Shown here: positions 62,696 through 64,000 of the stretch, one piece after another
Position numbering within the stretch: the stretch's first letter is position 1
Layout of the letters: every line of letters begins with the position of its first letter
Origin: Clostridia bacterium
Lineage (GTDB): Bacteria; Bacillota; Clostridia; Oscillospirales; CAG-272
Direction of reading: 5' to 3'
DNA: 64,000 nt
Assembly: GCA_017453245.1 (NCBI GenBank)
Contig: JAFTKM010000008.1
Span: forward strand, 19,017-83,016
Notes under the pieces: model-generated
Told to the model about the DNA's origin: nothing
Database searches by the model: none
What the model saw: the letters and a program-made list of their open reading frames with translations, nothing else
Program-made: the position numbers and the translations under genes

Positions 62696-63067
62696 TTACT
62701 TAACTTCAACTTCTGCGCCTGCAGCCTTGAGGTCTGCAGCGAGCTTCTCAGCCTCTTCCTTAGAGATGCCTTCCTTGATGGTCTTGGGAGCAGACTCAAC
62801 AAGATCCTTAGCATCCTTAAGACCAAGACCGCAAACGTCCTTAACAAGCTTGATAACGTTAAGCTTGGATGCGCCTGCGCTGGTAAGAACAACGTCAAAC
62901 TCGGTCTTCTCCTCAACAACGGGAGCTGCTGCTGCAACTGCGCCAACTGCTGCTACGGGAGCTGCGGATACACCGAACTCCTCCTCAAGAGCCTTAACGA
63001 GATCAGCAAGTTCAAGAATAGTAAGACCCTTTACAAGGTCAAGAATCTGGGTAGACTTTTCGTTCAT
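62696..63067 (-). CDS. rplL: 50S ribosomal protein L7/L12
   Basis: [36 protein letters not shown]...[56 protein letters not shown]. Confidence 0.95.
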   Translation of the reverse strand: MNEKSTQILDLVKGLTILELADLVKALEEEFGVSAAPVAAVGAVAAAAPVVEEKTEFDVVLTSAGASKLNVIKLVKDVCGLGLKDAKDLVESAPKTIKEGISKEEAEKLAADLKAAGAEVEVK

Positions 63068-63121
63068 TTTAAAATCCTCCGAATATTATACAAATTTTAT
63101 TACTAAATCAGTTTGCAGAAA

Positions 63122-63652
63122 TTAAGCCTCTGCGGGAGCCTCGGTAGCTTCGCCACCTTCATTTTCCTTATCAATCTTAGCCTGAAGAACATATGCAAGA
63201 CCGTAAAGAGAAGACATAAGGCTGCCCATCATCTTACCGATGAGAACTTCCTTAGAAGGAGTAGCTGCGAGAGCCTCTACGCCTGCCTGATCGATTACGC
63301 CACCGTCAACGAAACCAGCCTTGATTTCGAAAGTGGGAATCTTGTCAGCGTATTCCTTCATAATCTTTGCAGGAGCAATAGCGTCATCCTGGCTGATCGC
63401 GATAGCGGTCATACCGGAGAGGTACTGCTTCATGTCACCGTAACCAACCATCTCGCAAGCTCTGCCGGTTAGAGTATTCTTCATTACGGAATACTCGATA
63501 CCTGCCTTACGAAGAGCGGCTCTGAGTGCGGTGTCATCTGCAACGGTAATGCCTTCGTACTTAACAAGCACGCCGGATACAGCGGTCTGTAACTTACCGG
63601 CAAGCTCTTCTACGACCTGTTTCTTGGCTTCAAGAACCTTATTACTTGGCAT
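63122..63652 (-). CDS. rplJ: 50S ribosomal protein L10
   Basis: 176 aa. MPSNKVLEAKKQVVEELAGKLQTAVSGVLVKYEGITVADDTALR. Immediately upstream of rplL. Confidence 0.95.
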   Translation of the reverse strand: MPSNKVLEAKKQVVEELAGKLQTAVSGVLVKYEGITVADDTALRAALRKAGIEYSVMKNTLTGRACEMVGYGDMKQYLSGMTAIAISQDDAIAPAKIMKEYADKIPTFEIKAGFVDGGVIDQAGVEALAATPSKEVLIGKMMGSLMSSLYGLAYVLQAKIDKENEGGEATEAPAEA

Positions 63653-63835
63653 TTTGTTTCCACCTCCATAAAAATTTCAAATAAAAAATCCTTTCCGGGA
63701 GAAACACACAACTCTCCGAGAAAGGACAACCAAAATGAACGCAACGGTACTCCATCGCGTAAAATTATTGAATTTGTCTCACCTCGGCAGGAAAGCTATG
63801 CGCTTTTACCGGAACCTGCTGTCTTAGGATACCTA
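63653..63835 (-). ncRNA. rplJ 5' leader, candidate L10-leader-type attenuator
   Basis: ~180-nt UTR between the promoter and the ATG. Imperfect stem CCTTTCTCGGAGA / TCTCCCGGAAAGG (63690-63726) followed by ATTTTTTATTT on the minus strand. Autoregulatory L10 leaders are well known in Firmicutes. The structure has not been checked against a covariance model. Confidence 0.4.
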
Positions 63836-63839
63836 TGGT

Positions 63840-63868
63840 ATTATACACGAAGTGAAGTCACTTGTCAA
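63840..63868 (-). promoter_or_regulatory. Consensus sigma-A promoter of rplJL
   Basis: On the minus strand: TTGACA (63863-63868), 17-nt spacer, TATAAT (63840-63845). Confidence 0.7.
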
Positions 63869-64000
63869 TACCTTTTTTGAAAAAAGTTTGAGATTTTTTT
63901 AGTTAGCCTGGATTTAGGATGTAAATCGTCGCTATTCAATCAAGAGGGTATATACATACGTCAGAGAGAAGATAGTTGAACCCATAATATTTTCCCACTC

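Noticed and set aside
62209-62860. Diversity-generating retroelement (TR/VR pair) explanation for the rplL partial duplicate
   Set aside because: The differences are not adenine-specific. They are confined to two short patches that are complementary to each other. No reverse transcriptase is nearby, and the target would be a ribosomal protein.
62044-63125. ORFs overlapping the rplL region (62044-62382 minus, 62585-63106 plus, 62614-62946 minus, 62727-63125 plus)
   Set aside because: They are alternative frames or antisense to rplL and its duplicated fragments, with low-complexity A/S/R-rich translations. rplL itself (62696-63067, minus) is unambiguous.
63931-64000. Possible 3' end of a minus-strand gene at the right edge (..EWENIMGSTIFSLTYVYTLLIE-stop)
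   Set aside because: Only ~22 codons are visible and there is no motif. It does not resemble the rplA C-terminus expected upstream of rplJ, so it cannot be supported.

Overview
A 64-kb chromosomal segment from what looks like an endospore-forming Clostridia genome. The taxonomic call is inferred from cotJABC, gene content and TGn-extended -10 promoters. All protein calls rest on motifs I recognise in the translations, with no database search.

Layout, left to right:
1. A MoxR-like ATPase truncated at the window edge, plus a membrane protein.
2. A TetR gene divergent from a 9-gene aromatic amino-acid cluster: aminotransferase, pheA, aroB, aroC, an aroE-aroK fusion, aroQ, aroA, tyrA and DAHP synthase.
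3. An ~11-kb surface/redox cluster. It holds a 1184-aa lipoprotein with an embedded thioredoxin-like CxxC domain, a small Ig-like lipoprotein, a membrane polyferredoxin fused to a TlpA-like domain, a CxxC membrane protein, and a 1319-aa Cys-rich repeat lipoprotein.
4. A ~2760-aa subtilisin/PA/BspA-LRR surface protein, followed by an Opp-type peptide ABC importer.
5. A housekeeping block: DUF47/PiT, QueG-like, PlsY, a methyltransferase, TsaE/TsaB, RpiB, MecA-like, a preQ1-type leader with QueT, an orphan gene, and NfnAB.
6. An accessory region directly after the cotJC stop codon. Four AT-rich single-gene cassettes plus one empty unit sit there, each bounded by a composite repeat made of a copy of the cotJC tail, a word-hairpin array and a conserved promoter.
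7. DUF4416, MazG-like, cupin and heparinase-II/III-like genes.
8. rplJ-rplL, followed by a split pseudo-copy of the rplL 3' half interrupted by two copies of a ~135-nt structured element.

I saw no rRNA, tRNA, CRISPR array, transposase or integrase. The most unusual signals are the cotJC cassette array, the genome-specific word-hairpin arrays, and paralogous copies whose hairpin stems are rewritten on both arms while flanking sequence stays identical.
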